64,000 nt of DNA from Nitrososphaeria archaeon (GTDB taxonomy: Archaea; Thermoproteota; Nitrososphaeria; Nitrososphaerales; JAAOZN01), in assembly GCA_029775855.1 (NCBI GenBank), contig JARVJZ010000004.1, positions 88,589 through 152,588 of the forward strand, given 5' to 3'. A model generated the notes under the pieces. The model saw only the letters and a program-made list of their open reading frames with translations, had not been told where the DNA came from and did not search any database. The translations under genes were made by a program, and so were the position numbers. Each line of letters starts with the position of its first letter. Positions within the stretch are counted from its first letter, which is position 1. Of the stretch, positions 9,589 to 20,024 are shown piece after piece.

Positions 9589-11529
9589 TTAGTCAGCGAG
9601 TTTACCGTATGAGGCTAGATCGTCTGCAACATATTTTAAATCAAGGCGCTCCAAGGTGCTTCTTTTAGGTATTCCCGTTTTTTTATCCCAACCTCTAACC
9701 TCATAGTATTCATCTAGCATAGGCTCTAACTCCACAATTGAGCCAGCTGATGGACCGCATTCTGGTGGTAATGGCTCTTTAAGGAAGCGTTCTGGTAGAG
9801 TATCATCTTTTCTTGTTATGCCCTCTCTTACGACGAAAGCGCGCTCTATGTTTATGATTCTCTCACCCATTTGTAGAACATCCCTAGGCGACATATCCCA
9901 GCCTACTGCAGCTTTAAGAAGCCTAGAGGCAACTTCTTCTAACTCATAATATCTTGGTGCACCATCTAGCATGGCGGATATGTTCTTACACATAGTTAGT
10001 GAGTCAGCTAAGGCTGCGCATTCCTCATAGTATTTGACTACTCTCCCCTTAGCCTTATACTCCAATCTAAAGGCTGCTTCTTTAGCTCCAAATCTCTTCA
10101 CAGCCAATTCAGCATTATTTGAGAATTCAAACATCGGTTCTGCTCTTAGGTGATCAGCACCTCTGCTCGAGACCGCGTAAGTTAATGCGAAGGCTTTCAT
10201 TCCTCTAGGTTCTCCCGCTATAATTTCAAGCCCTTTTACTTGAGCTGCGAGCTTGTCTGCACCCTGCCCTACAAATTCGCCGAACTTCTTTGCACCGTAA
10301 GCCATCTTCTCACCTATTCCCTTTTTATATGCGATCATATCGATTAATGTCAGCACAGCTTCTGCATTACCCCAAGTTAAGTCCAGACCACCTAGCTGCT
10401 CTTTGGTAAGAAGACCTCGCTCATAACACTCCATAGCTAATGCTATCACCTCACCAGTCGTGATAGAGTCCATTCCATATCTGTTCAGTTTATCATTAGC
10501 CTTCAAGATGGCTTCAATATCATCTACACCACATCTCGAACCTATAGAGCCAAGCGTCTCGTATTCTGGGCCTTCACCAGCTAACCCAGCGAACCTTCCA
10601 CTCTTTATGACGTAAAATCTGCTACATGGAAGCGGACATGAGCCACAAGCCTTAACCTTAACATTATAGTGGTCGCGTAAGGTTTCTCCGCTTATCTTAT
10701 CTGCACCTTCAAACACACCTGTCTTAAAGTGGTAAGATACTAAGAATCCTAGTTGATTAAGTGGGTTTACAAGCCTGGTGGAGCCCATGGTAGAGCGCCC
10801 AACATAGTCTGGTGAAGAGTAGATCTGCTCTTCGATTTCTTTTACGATCTTATCAAATTCGTCGTAATCAGCAACTTCAACTGGCTTCGTTCCCCTAACT
10901 ACGATCGCCTTTAGGTTCTTAGAAGCCATTACTGTACCCATACCCGTCCTTGCAGCGATTCGGACTAAACTCGTGACCACTCCAGCGTATGATACGCCGT
11001 TTTCAGCAGCGGGGCCGATGCAAGCTACCTTAGCATCGCTATCGCCAACTTCCTCCTTCAGTAGCAGATCTGTTTCCCACACATCTTTTCCCCAGAGGTG
11101 GGATGCGTCTTTAATCTCTACAGTGCCGTCAAAGATCTTTAGGTAGATTGGTTTAGGTGCTCGCCCCTTTATTGCAATCTGGTCTAATCCAGCGTATTTG
11201 ACTTCTGGTCCGAAGAAGCCTCCTGCGTTTGCATCTCCAAGTATGCCTGTGTGTGGTGACTTTGCTGATACTGTGAATCTGTTTGAACCTGAGCATATAG
11301 TTCCTGTTAGTGGCCCTACGCCTATTATCAGCACGTTTTCTGGGCTTAGTGGGTTTACATTAGGGTTTACTTCTTCAAAGAGCGTAGCTGAGTTAAGTCC
11401 TCTCCCGCCTAGGAACATTTTGAGCTGTGCTTCACTTATATCCTCTAAACAATAGTCTCCTCTAGATAGATCTACCCTTAGCCTCCTACCAGCATATGCC
11501 TTCAAGAATAATCGCCTACTTCTTGACAC
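9589..11529 (-). CDS. aor: Tungsten-type aldehyde:ferredoxin oxidoreductase family enzyme
   Basis: LGGRGL, KSPHTG, GMGTVMASKNLKAI, CxxCxxxC, EGPEYET, RGADH, DDTLPERF. Confidence 0.92.
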   Translation of the reverse strand: MSRSRRLFLKAYAGRRLRVDLSRGDYCLEDISEAQLKMFLGGRGLNSATLFEEVNPNVNPLSPENVLIIGVGPLTGTICSGSNRFTVSAKSPHTGILGDANAGGFFGPEVKYAGLDQIAIKGRAPKPIYLKIFDGTVEIKDASHLWGKDVWETDLLLKEEVGDSDAKVACIGPAAENGVSYAGVVTSLVRIAARTGMGTVMASKNLKAIVVRGTKPVEVADYDEFDKIVKEIEEQIYSSPDYVGRSTMGSTRLVNPLNQLGFLVSYHFKTGVFEGADKISGETLRDHYNVKVKACGSCPLPCSRFYVIKSGRFAGLAGEGPEYETLGSIGSRCGVDDIEAILKANDKLNRYGMDSITTGEVIALAMECYERGLLTKEQLGGLDLTWGNAEAVLTLIDMIAYKKGIGEKMAYGAKKFGEFVGQGADKLAAQVKGLEIIAGEPRGMKAFALTYAVSSRGADHLRAEPMFEFSNNAELAVKRFGAKEAAFRLEYKAKGRVVKYYEECAALADSLTMCKNISAMLDGAPRYYELEEVASRLLKAAVGWDMSPRDVLQMGERIINIERAFVVREGITRKDDTLPERFLKEPLPPECGPSAGSIVELEPMLDEYYEVRGWDKKTGIPKRSTLERLDLKYVADDLASYGKLAD

Positions 11530-12010
11530 CCCAGCTTCTTAAGATAGAGCGTGAAGCCGCTTCAGCTGACTGAGTTGATTTGGTTTTCGCTGCCTCCGTC
11601 AGAGTTATGTATCTGATAGCCTCAGTTGGGCATCTAGCCACACAAGCAGGGTTGCCGGAGCAGAGATCACAGACAATTGGAAGCCTAGTCCTAGGGTGAA
11701 GCACAATAGCTCCAAATGGGCAAGCTTCTACACAAGCCCCACACATTATACATATCTCGGACTTTAGAAGCACAATATCAGAGCCTTGTGTGCGAAAGAG
11801 TGCACCGACTGGGCAAGCCTCGATGCAAGCTGCTTTACCGCAGAATCTGCAGACCGAAGGGTAATCTAACCCTATGGGTTCAACCTTGACTACCTTTATT
11901 CTTGATATGGCTGGGTCGAAGACTTGTTCGTGGGCTGCGCTACAAGCTACTTCACAGAGTCTACAGCCAGTGCACTTTCTTGGGTCTGCTACTATCCTTC
12001 CCTTCTCCAA
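11516..12010 (-). CDS. 4Fe-4S dicluster ferredoxin-like subunit
   Basis: Four Cys clusters (CTGCRLCEVAC, CRFC..CIEACP, CIMCGACVEACP, CDLC..CVARCP); overlaps aor. Confidence 0.93.
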   Translation of the reverse strand: MEKGRIVADPRKCTGCRLCEVACSAAHEQVFDPAISRIKVVKVEPIGLDYPSVCRFCGKAACIEACPVGALFRTQGSDIVLLKSEICIMCGACVEACPFGAIVLHPRTRLPIVCDLCSGNPACVARCPTEAIRYITLTEAAKTKSTQSAEAASRSILRSWGVKK

Positions 12011-12017
12011 AATTACA

Positions 12018-13025
12018 TTACTTCTCCATTTCTCTAAAGTATGGGATTACATACTTACCGAGTAGCTTGACTGATTCTTCTGGGTCTGGCCCTAGGGGTG
12101 CACCTATTGAGATGTGTTGTAGCCCCTTCTTCTGAAGCATCTCGATCTTTGCTATGCAGTCGTCTGGTGTTCCTCTTATGGCTAGATTAAGCATCTTATC
12201 AGTAACGAGTTTAGCTGCTGCATCTAAGCCTTCTTTACGCCAGACTTCTTGAATTGGTTCAAAGTCCTTGTGGCTTAGCCCTATAGTCGATAGACCTAGT
12301 TCTCCGAGCATGGGTCCGAAGTATGCGACTAGCTTGCGGAGAGGCTCTTCAGCTACTTCGCCCTTCTTTGATATGGAGAGCCATACACATCCTGCAACAT
12401 CGACCTCTGAGAAGTCTCGCCCGACTTCTCTTGCACCAGCCTTCATACGCTCCATCGCTATATCTATGAATTCTGGTGGATATAATATGGGTAGGACGCC
12501 ATCACCATATGCTCCACTATAAGCTAGTAGCTTTTCTCCTTGACCACCTATGTATATTGGTATCTTCTTCTTATATTGGTCGAAGCGCATATAGCATTCT
12601 GAGCTCCACTTGATCTCCTTACCGTTATATGCAGCGTTTTCTCCAGCCCAAAGTTTTCTTAGAACCTCAACAGTCTCCTTAACTCTGGTTAATGGTCGCT
12701 CGTGTTCTATTCCAAGCCATCTAAGGTATTCTAAGGCGCCAGCGCTTAGCCCGCAGAGTGCTCTTCCCTTCGTGTATTCGTCGAGCGCGGAGAGATACAT
12801 GGCTATTTCAGCTGGGTTGGTTGTGTATGGGTTTAGTATCGTGTTGCCTAGGTAGACTTTCTTCGTCTGCGCACCTATTATGGTCAGAGTGACCATAGAG
12901 CTTCTCATGAAGATGTCGTGGCTCACCCAGACCGAGTCAAAACCATTCTTCTCAGCTAATACGCCTAGCCGAACCATATTCTCGACGCTGCCGAACCAAT
13001 CACACATTCTTAAGCCGAACTTCAA
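12018..13025 (-). CDS. LLM-class (Mer-like) F420/flavin-dependent oxidoreductase
   Basis: AEKNGFDSVWVSHD, NPYTTNP, GTPDDCIAKI, GAPLGPD. Confidence 0.85.
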   Translation of the reverse strand: MKFGLRMCDWFGSVENMVRLGVLAEKNGFDSVWVSHDIFMRSSMVTLTIIGAQTKKVYLGNTILNPYTTNPAEIAMYLSALDEYTKGRALCGLSAGALEYLRWLGIEHERPLTRVKETVEVLRKLWAGENAAYNGKEIKWSSECYMRFDQYKKKIPIYIGGQGEKLLAYSGAYGDGVLPILYPPEFIDIAMERMKAGAREVGRDFSEVDVAGCVWLSISKKGEVAEEPLRKLVAYFGPMLGELGLSTIGLSHKDFEPIQEVWRKEGLDAAAKLVTDKMLNLAIRGTPDDCIAKIEMLQKKGLQHISIGAPLGPDPEESVKLLGKYVIPYFREMEK

Positions 13026-13115
13026 CCCTTATCCCTAACCTTATTTTTCACAACACTATTCTTAAATCTTATTATATTAAATATTTAGAAGCTGAAGATG
13101 GATGTAGAATCTTTA

Positions 13116-13844
13116 TTATTGGTTTTTCTTAACTACACCTAAGTAAATTCTAATAATTTCTTCGTTATTTAAGATATCGTTAGGCTTTCCCTCGTATGCA
13201 ACCCTACCTTCAACCAAAACCAAGCCTCTATCAGATATCGTAAGCGCCTTCCTAGCGTTTTGCTCAACTATCATAATAGTCACACCTAATTTCCTTATCT
13301 CAAGAATCTTGCTGAAGAGCTGATCCGCTAACTTAGGCGCTAGAGCAGCAGTAGGCTCGTCCAAAAGTAGAAGCCTAGGTTTAGCTATTAACGCTCTTGC
13401 CAAGGCTAGCATCTGGCGCTCACCACCACTTAGAGAGCCCGCTTTCTGCCTTCTTCTCTCCTCAAGTATGGGAAAGATGTTGTAGATTTCAGCCAAGTTG
13501 ACCTTTATCTCCTCTTTGCTTTCTAAAGGAACAGCGCCCATTTCAAGGTTCTCTTCAACGGTTAGCGCTGAAAAGACGTTGTTGATCTGCGGCACATATC
13601 CTATCCCTAATCTGGTAACGAGATCCGCTCTTGTCCTCGTTATATCTTTGCCCTCAAACATCACTTGCCCATCGAATATCGTTGTGAGGCCATAGATGGA
13701 TTTGATGAAGGTGCTTTTACCGCTTCCGTTAGGTCCGATTATGGCAACGATCTCTCCTTTTCTCACCGATGTTGATATACCGTGCACTACTATCAGCTTG
13801 CCATACCCTGAAACAAGGTTGCTTGTTTCTAATATTGTGCTCAA
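13116..13844 (-). CDS. Branched-chain-type ABC ATPase (LivF-like)
   Basis: GPNGSGKST, LSGGERQM, VEQNARKAL. Confidence 0.9.
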   Translation of the reverse strand: MSTILETSNLVSGYGKLIVVHGISTSVRKGEIVAIIGPNGSGKSTFIKSIYGLTTIFDGQVMFEGKDITRTRADLVTRLGIGYVPQINNVFSALTVEENLEMGAVPLESKEEIKVNLAEIYNIFPILEERRRQKAGSLSGGERQMLALARALIAKPRLLLLDEPTAALAPKLADQLFSKILEIRKLGVTIMIVEQNARKALTISDRGLVLVEGRVAYEGKPNDILNNEEIIRIYLGVVKKNQ

Positions 13845-13847
13845 CGT

Positions 13848-14621
13848 TCAACCACCGAGGTATACTTCGGCGACAACTTTGTTTTCAAGTATCTCTTCAG
13901 GCTTACCTTCTGCTAGAACCTTACCTCTATGCATCACATAAACATATTCAACGTAGTCGAAAAGGACTTCGAGCCTATGCTCTATTATAAATAAAGTTAG
14001 GTTAAACTCCTCTCTTAACGCTAACAGCCTCTCGAAGATATCTCTTGCAAGTTTAGGTGCGACACCAGCTGTAGGCTCATCTAGAAGAAGCATCTTCGGG
14101 TCAGCCATAAGTGTTCGACCCATCTCAAGAAGCTTCATCTGCCCACCAGAAATCTCAGCGGATAGTGTCTTATGTAAACCTTTTAGAAGCAGTCGACTGA
14201 GCAGATCTGAAGATTTTTTAGCTAAACTGATCTCTTGAGCCCGCCAGCGTGAATGAATAGGCGCGTTCAATGGGTTCTCACCTATCTGACCCTTAGGTGG
14301 AACAAGTAAGTTATCTAACACAGTCATGCCGAGAAAGAGCCTTGGATCTTGAAAACTCTTTACCAACCCCAGTGAAAAGATCTTATGCGGCGGAAGGTTG
14401 TCGATGCGTATACCTCTAAACCAAATCTTACCCTCATCGGCTCTATCTAGACCAGAGATCACGTTGAAGAGTGTCGACTTGCCGCTTCCATTTGGCCCGA
14501 TTAGTCCAGTTACTGTTCCCTCTTTTATTGAGAGTGTGACGCCGTCTACTGCTCTTAAGCTCTCATAGCATTTTACTACCCCTTCTAACTTAAGTATTTC
14601 ACTCAACTTTAACCACCTCAT
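13848..14621 (-). CDS. Branched-chain-type ABC ATPase (LivG-like)
   Basis: GPNGSGKST, SGGQMKLLE, IEHRL, YLG terminus. Confidence 0.9.
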   Translation of the reverse strand: MRWLKLSEILKLEGVVKCYESLRAVDGVTLSIKEGTVTGLIGPNGSGKSTLFNVISGLDRADEGKIWFRGIRIDNLPPHKIFSLGLVKSFQDPRLFLGMTVLDNLLVPPKGQIGENPLNAPIHSRWRAQEISLAKKSSDLLSRLLLKGLHKTLSAEISGGQMKLLEMGRTLMADPKMLLLDEPTAGVAPKLARDIFERLLALREEFNLTLFIIEHRLEVLFDYVEYVYVMHRGKVLAEGKPEEILENKVVAEVYLGG

Positions 14622-15630
14622 ATGCTGGCGTCTTCACGGGCTTCTCAGGAAGGATCCCTTTTTGCCTAAACATCAATATGGCGAGCATCAGTATGCCAAC
14701 AATTATGTAGCGCAGATAGTTTAATTCCGCTATACCACCGAAGGTTTGGAGCTGTATTGCAAGTATCTGTGTGCCTCTGTCTATGGCTGTCATTATTGCC
14801 GCACCTAATAGCACCCCTCTATTATTGGCTATACCGCCTAAAACGACCATAACCCAAACATCAAAAGTTCTTATAGGGATAAAGTCATCAGGATTCACAT
14901 AGCCACTGTAGTAAGCATATAAAACACCAGCCAACCCAGCCAAAGCTGAGCCTAAGATAAGCACTTGCCCACGCACCTTCACAAGGTCTTTACCTAGACT
15001 CGTTGCAGCAATCTGGTCGTCACGCATCGACTTAAGCAGCCTACCAAAAGGGGAGTTAACTAGCTTGTTGATGTAGATATAGACTCCTAAAGCAATCACA
15101 AGTATCAAAACCATATATGCTAAGGAGACTTGATCAGCATCACCAAGCCATCTAAAAGGATTTGGGATTAACACTCCGTTGTAGCCATTAACGATAGGAG
15201 GGTAGCTTCTTACAACAACCCGAAGTATTTCACCAGTAACCAACAGAACCATAGCTAAGAACCACTCCTCCCTAATCCTAATAGCCGGATAAGAGACAAG
15301 GTAGCCAAAAGCCCCCGAGATCAAAGCAGCTAATAAAAGCGCAATCAGAAATGTCAATAGGGCAGCATAAGGATTACTTTGTGTTATAGCAACCCTCTGC
15401 ATCGTCCCCTCTGGGCTGAAAGGATCAAGTGGTGCTATACCTGCGATAAGAGGCATAAGGCGTGAAGCCACAACACCGGCTACAAAGGCGCCAGTCGCGT
15501 AAAAGGCAACCTTACCGAAGTTAGGCTGACCACCAAAACCGTATTCAAGATTAAGGCTAAGCGAGAGTATAGAGAAGATGCCAAAATAGCTTAAGAACGA
15601 CACAGCAGCAGAGAATATCGGATCAGGCAA
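14599..15630 (-). CDS. Branched-chain-type ABC permease (LivM-like)
   Basis: SLNLEYGFGGQPNFG, SPFGRLLKSMRDD, multiple TMs. Confidence 0.88.
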   Translation of the reverse strand: MPDPIFSAAVSFLSYFGIFSILSLSLNLEYGFGGQPNFGKVAFYATGAFVAGVVASRLMPLIAGIAPLDPFSPEGTMQRVAITQSNPYAALLTFLIALLLAALISGAFGYLVSYPAIRIREEWFLAMVLLVTGEILRVVVRSYPPIVNGYNGVLIPNPFRWLGDADQVSLAYMVLILVIALGVYIYINKLVNSPFGRLLKSMRDDQIAATSLGKDLVKVRGQVLILGSALAGLAGVLYAYYSGYVNPDDFIPIRTFDVWVMVVLGGIANNRGVLLGAAIMTAIDRGTQILAIQLQTFGGIAELNYLRYIIVGILMLAILMFRQKGILPEKPVKTPAYEVVKVE

Positions 15631-15634
15631 CGCA

Positions 15635-16570
15635 TCAAACCTCCACTCTACTAGGAACTCTAGAAACTATTCTTGTTTTAGATAGAAGCCCTACAAGCCC
15701 CTTCGGTCTCACCAGCAGCACCAATATGATTATTGCAAAAGGTATTACAGGTTTATAGGTGAACTCGACACCAAAGCTTCTATTCAAAACATCCATAACA
15801 AGGTTCTCAGACAACCCGACTATGAAGCCTCCAGCTATGGTGCCTGAAAAACTGGTTAATCCGCCGAGAACCACAGCAGCGAAGACCGATAAGAGCGCGA
15901 ACCAGCCAACATAGGGGCTTGCGTAATATAAGATAGCCCAAAGCGCACCAGCAACACCAGCCAACCCACCGGCCAAAAGCCAAGATATGTCTTGAATCTT
16001 ACCAACATTAATACCAGTAATCTGAGCCAAAGTGATATTATTAGCTACTGAACGCATCATCTTACCAATCTTCGTTCTACTCAAAAGTAGATGTAGGAGA
16101 AGAACAAGAATAAACGCAGTGGGCAAAGACCAGAGGAAAACATTAAGAATCACTGTTGTGCCGATTAGTCCAACAACTTGCTGAGGTATCAGAGGACGCA
16201 CCTGCAGATACCCTGTAGGACTAGCCCAAAGCAATATAATGTATCGTAGAACTAAACCTAGGGCAAAAGAAGCCAAAACAAGCGTATACATCGTAGCACC
16301 CCGATTAGAGAGAGGTCTATACACTACACGATGGCAACTAAACGCTACTAAAGCTGTTATAACAAAGGCTAAGATCAACGCAAAAGATATGTCGCTGCTA
16401 ATTAAGCTTGACAAAACAGCCACATAAGCACCTATAGTTATGAGCTCAGCATGCGCAAAGTTAGGCAGCCTAACAACACCAAGAGTAAGAGTTAAACCGA
16501 GTGCCATAAGGGTATATATGCTTCCTATTAAGATTGAACGAAGCACGGAGCCAAGTAGCCAGTCGAACAA
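15635..16570 (-). CDS. Branched-chain-type ABC permease (LivH-like)
   Basis: ALGLTL..NFAHAE, TKIGKMMR, VRPKGL. Confidence 0.88.
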   Translation of the reverse strand: MFDWLLGSVLRSILIGSIYTLMALGLTLTLGVVRLPNFAHAELITIGAYVAVLSSLISSDISFALILAFVITALVAFSCHRVVYRPLSNRGATMYTLVLASFALGLVLRYIILLWASPTGYLQVRPLIPQQVVGLIGTTVILNVFLWSLPTAFILVLLLHLLLSRTKIGKMMRSVANNITLAQITGINVGKIQDISWLLAGGLAGVAGALWAILYYASPYVGWFALLSVFAAVVLGGLTSFSGTIAGGFIVGLSENLVMDVLNRSFGVEFTYKPVIPFAIIILVLLVRPKGLVGLLSKTRIVSRVPSRVEV

Positions 16571-16696
16571 CGGATACCAACAGCCTTCTAGTGCGTTGTA
16601 TATTTTAATATTGCTTAGAGCTCTCTCATAGAGAATTCATAATTTATATAGATAAAGATATATGCGACTTAACACACACTCATGAAGTGAAGAGTT

Positions 16697-18196
16697 ATGG
16701 TGAACAAAAAAAGATCTGGAGTAAGCACGGGTGTTGCAGCTGGACTTGCGGTGGTTCTTCTCATTATAGGCGTCGTGGGAGGATACTTCGCAGGCTCAGC
16801 TGTTCCACCAGTAACGAGCACCGTAACATCTATAAGAACCTCAACAGTCACTCAACCCACTACAGTCGTATCTACAACAACTGTAGCAGCCGGCACAGTC
16901 ACTACAACAGTCACCGCGGGCACAGCAACAACCACCGTCACACAACCCACAACCATCACACACACTGCAACCGCAACAGTGACAACAACCGCAACAGCAA
17001 CACAACCACCAACTACAATCACAACAACAGTAACAGCACCAGCTGCAGCGAGAACCTATGTAATAGGTGTACCATTACCTTTCAGCGGCCCGCTAGCGAG
17101 CTATGGGAAATCATTTGCAGACGCTATAGCGATGGCAGTAGATGAGATCAACGCAATGCTGCAGAGTGCAGGCTCAGCTACAAGATTTGAGGTAGCGACA
17201 GCAGACACGGAAACAACAGCAGCTGGCGCGTTAAAGGCGATGCAGAACCTCTATCAGACAAAAGCTATACAGGTATCTGTAGGTCCTCTTACTACAAGTG
17301 AAGTAATGGGTGTCAAGCAGTTTGTCGACCAAAACAAGATTGTTGTAATAGCGCCAGCGTCAACAGGCCTTGCGGCAGCAATACCTGATGACTACATCTT
17401 TAGAGTCGTAGATCCTCCTGACAACTTCCAAGGCGCAGCGCTAGCGCAATATGTCAAGTCAAGAGGTATAACAAATGTTATAGTAGCCTACCGAGATGAC
17501 ACATTTGGACAAGGGATGTGGAACATATTTACAAAGCGCTTCACAGCTTTAGGCGGCAAGACAACACCCCTTAAATTCGCACCAGACCAACCCGACTACT
17601 CGAGTGAAGTGGCCAAGCTAACAACACTCGTAGCAGAAGCTAAAGCCTCAGGCCCTACGGGTGTTTTATGGGTCGCATGGGAAGGCGAAGCCCTTAAATG
17701 GTTACCTCTACTACAAGGCAACCCTGTTCTAAGTTCGGTAGAATGGTTCGGAATCGACAACTTAAAGTCACCCAACCTACTACCACCAAAGGTTTCAAAT
17801 GAGATAGGTGACTTCCTTGTGAAGACGAAGTTTACCGTCACATCATTCTATACACCTGGAAACCCACTAACACCATCCTTCAAAGAAAACTTCGTCAAGA
17901 AGTATGGCAGAGAACCTCTACCTTACTCTGATGGAGCATATGACGCAGCATACATAGCAGCTTGGTCCATATTGATTGCAGGTAAATACGACGGAGAGGC
18001 GATAAAGAAGGTGGTCCCAACTGTAGCAAGCCGCTTCATAGGAGTTACCGTTCAGACATACTTAGATGAGAACGGTGATCAGGCTATCGCCTACTTTGGA
18101 CTATATAGGCCAGAGGTTGTTCAAGGAGCCTATTCCTGGGTGGGTGTGGGTTACTACGACGGCTCAACCGATAAGGTGGTAATCGAAAAGCCTTAG
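16697..18196 (+). CDS. Branched-chain-type ABC substrate-binding protein with N-terminal TM and Thr-rich linker
   Basis: N-terminal anchor, long Thr-rich stalk, then PFSGPLASYG, YDAAY, LDENGD. Confidence 0.88.
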   Translation: MVNKKRSGVSTGVAAGLAVVLLIIGVVGGYFAGSAVPPVTSTVTSIRTSTVTQPTTVVSTTTVAAGTVTTTVTAGTATTTVTQPTTITHTATATVTTTATATQPPTTITTTVTAPAAARTYVIGVPLPFSGPLASYGKSFADAIAMAVDEINAMLQSAGSATRFEVATADTETTAAGALKAMQNLYQTKAIQVSVGPLTTSEVMGVKQFVDQNKIVVIAPASTGLAAAIPDDYIFRVVDPPDNFQGAALAQYVKSRGITNVIVAYRDDTFGQGMWNIFTKRFTALGGKTTPLKFAPDQPDYSSEVAKLTTLVAEAKASGPTGVLWVAWEGEALKWLPLLQGNPVLSSVEWFGIDNLKSPNLLPPKVSNEIGDFLVKTKFTVTSFYTPGNPLTPSFKENFVKKYGREPLPYSDGAYDAAYIAAWSILIAGKYDGEAIKKVVPTVASRFIGVTVQTYLDENGDQAIAYFGLYRPEVVQGAYSWVGVGYYDGSTDKVVIEKP

Positions 18197-18423
18197 TTAT
18201 GGTGGTTTCTCCCACCACATCTTATTTTTATTAGCTTATATATCAAAATTTTGGAGGAATCGCAAAAATTAGCAGACGAATTATATATCACCGAATACTA
18301 CAAAACAAATCTATCAAGAATTATTGAGGTTTTTGGTAATTAAATTAATTCTTCAAGTCAAATTCTCAGATATGTATCGAAAATTTTTAAAGAGACTTTA
18401 GGTGCAGTTATACACGATGGGAA

Positions 18424-19608
18424 TTGAATAAGTGGATCTATCCGCCAATCGGCTTCGTCATAAACATAGCCTTAGGCACCATTTACAGCTGGAGCGTATT
18501 TAGAGTACCTTTAGAAAAAATCTTTAGCTGGTCAAGTGTTGAGTCGAGCTTACCTTTTACCGTCTTTCTGGCTTTATTTGGGCTTACTATGCCTTTTGGT
18601 GGAAGAGCGATGTCCACTATTGGTCCAAGGAAGACCGCGCTCTTAGGTTCGATCTTGGTTGGTTTAGGTTGGGTGCTTGCTGGGTTTGCTGGTCAGGTTT
18701 CTTGGCCTCTCCCATACATGCTCATTGCTTACGGTGTGGTTGGCGGTATCGGCGTTGGCTTAGTCTACGGTGTTCCTATAGCTGTGTCGAGTAGATGGAT
18801 ACCTGAGCGTAAGGGGTTAGCCACAGGCATCACAATACTAGGCTTCGGTCTCTCTCCGCTAATCACAGCAGTAACATCAGCAGCCATGATTCAACTCTAT
18901 GGTGTCCTTCAAACCTTCCTCTACCTAGGAGTAATATTCGCCGTAATCTTGATCCTACTCTCTCTACCGCTTAAATTCCCACCAGCACAGACACCATCAA
19001 CAACTACAGCTTCAGCTGCTAAAGGCATAGACATACAGCCTAGACAAATGGTTAAGACTAGACTATTCGCGGGACTCTGGCTCTCATATGTGCTTGGAAC
19101 CACAGGAGGCTTTATAGCGATCTCTTTAGCGGCAAAATATGGGCAAGAGGTCTTAAAGCTCGAGCCAGCTATAGCAGCTGTTGCCACAGCCGTCTTCGCC
19201 ATCTTCAACGGTGTTGGCAGACCATCTTTTGGATATCTATGCGACAAGATAGGCCCATATAATTCTGCTTGGATCTCCTTCATAATCATCCTCGCATCAG
19301 CCCTAGTCGCTAGCAGCGGCGCCACGCTACCCATTTACTTCGCAACCTTTGCACTACTCTGGTTCACATTCGGAGGCTGGCTAGCTATCGCCCCAGCTGC
19401 TACATCAACATACTTCGGTGTTAAGAACATAGGTGCGAACTACGGCATCGTCTTCACAGCTTATGGTGTTGGTGCTATAGTTGGTCCCCAAGTTGCTTCA
19501 TACCTCTACACAACAACAGGCTCATACATCCTAGTCTTCACAACGACAGCTGTGCTCGCGGTTATTGGGTTAATTGTGGCGCTAACTACTTTAAAGCGTG
19601 GCAGCTAA
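18424..19608 (+). CDS. OFA (oxalate/formate antiporter) family MFS transporter
   Basis: GTIYSWSVF, WIPERKGLATG, FNGVGR, GANYGIVFTAYG. Confidence 0.88.
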   Translation: MNKWIYPPIGFVINIALGTIYSWSVFRVPLEKIFSWSSVESSLPFTVFLALFGLTMPFGGRAMSTIGPRKTALLGSILVGLGWVLAGFAGQVSWPLPYMLIAYGVVGGIGVGLVYGVPIAVSSRWIPERKGLATGITILGFGLSPLITAVTSAAMIQLYGVLQTFLYLGVIFAVILILLSLPLKFPPAQTPSTTTASAAKGIDIQPRQMVKTRLFAGLWLSYVLGTTGGFIAISLAAKYGQEVLKLEPAIAAVATAVFAIFNGVGRPSFGYLCDKIGPYNSAWISFIIILASALVASSGATLPIYFATFALLWFTFGGWLAIAPAATSTYFGVKNIGANYGIVFTAYGVGAIVGPQVASYLYTTTGSYILVFTTTAVLAVIGLIVALTTLKRGS

Positions 19609-19613
19609 GCAGC

Positions 19614-20015
19614 CTACAACATAATAGTTTTGTTTATGTAATGCTCAACAAGGTAGAGGGTGTGCTGATTTCTAGGTGAGCCTTCAACTCTAAGCTTAAA
19701 ATCATCATACACCTTGAGGATTGCTTCTTCAGACTGTGAGCATCGGTGTGTCAGAGCTCCTCCGGCTTGGACTTGGGTTAAAGACCACTCTATTTTATCT
19801 TGGTCTCTGCATATTAGAATCGCCCATCTGAAGCCTCTTTTAGCTTCTGTGAAGCCCAATTCTCTCGGCGCTTCAGTTTCACCCCAGCGTTTCTCCTCGC
19901 AGAAGATCTCCTTACATAGGTTGCACATCCAAACATCAACAGCACCTATAGCCCTTCTGCTATGCATAAGGTTGACTGCCCCCATATAGAGCACTTCATG
20001 CTTACAGTTCGTCAT
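19614..20015 (-). CDS. Hypothetical Cys/His-rich protein
   Basis: CKH, CNLC and HRC motifs; directly downstream of trmB on the same strand. Confidence 0.7.
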   Translation of the reverse strand: MTNCKHEVLYMGAVNLMHSRRAIGAVDVWMCNLCKEIFCEEKRWGETEAPRELGFTEAKRGFRWAILICRDQDKIEWSLTQVQAGGALTHRCSQSEEAILKVYDDFKLRVEGSPRNQHTLYLVEHYINKTIML

Positions 20016-20024
20016 ATAGCCACC

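Noticed and set aside
16820-17045. ACA/ACC-rich repeats (also at 49600-49915 and about 60110-60200)
   Set aside because: These are coding Thr-rich linkers of surface proteins, not arrays or mobile repeats.
18201-18232. GGTGG/CCACC hairpin plus T-rich tract after the binding-protein gene
   Set aside because: A plausible ordinary terminator, but the stem is only 5 bp, so it was not called.
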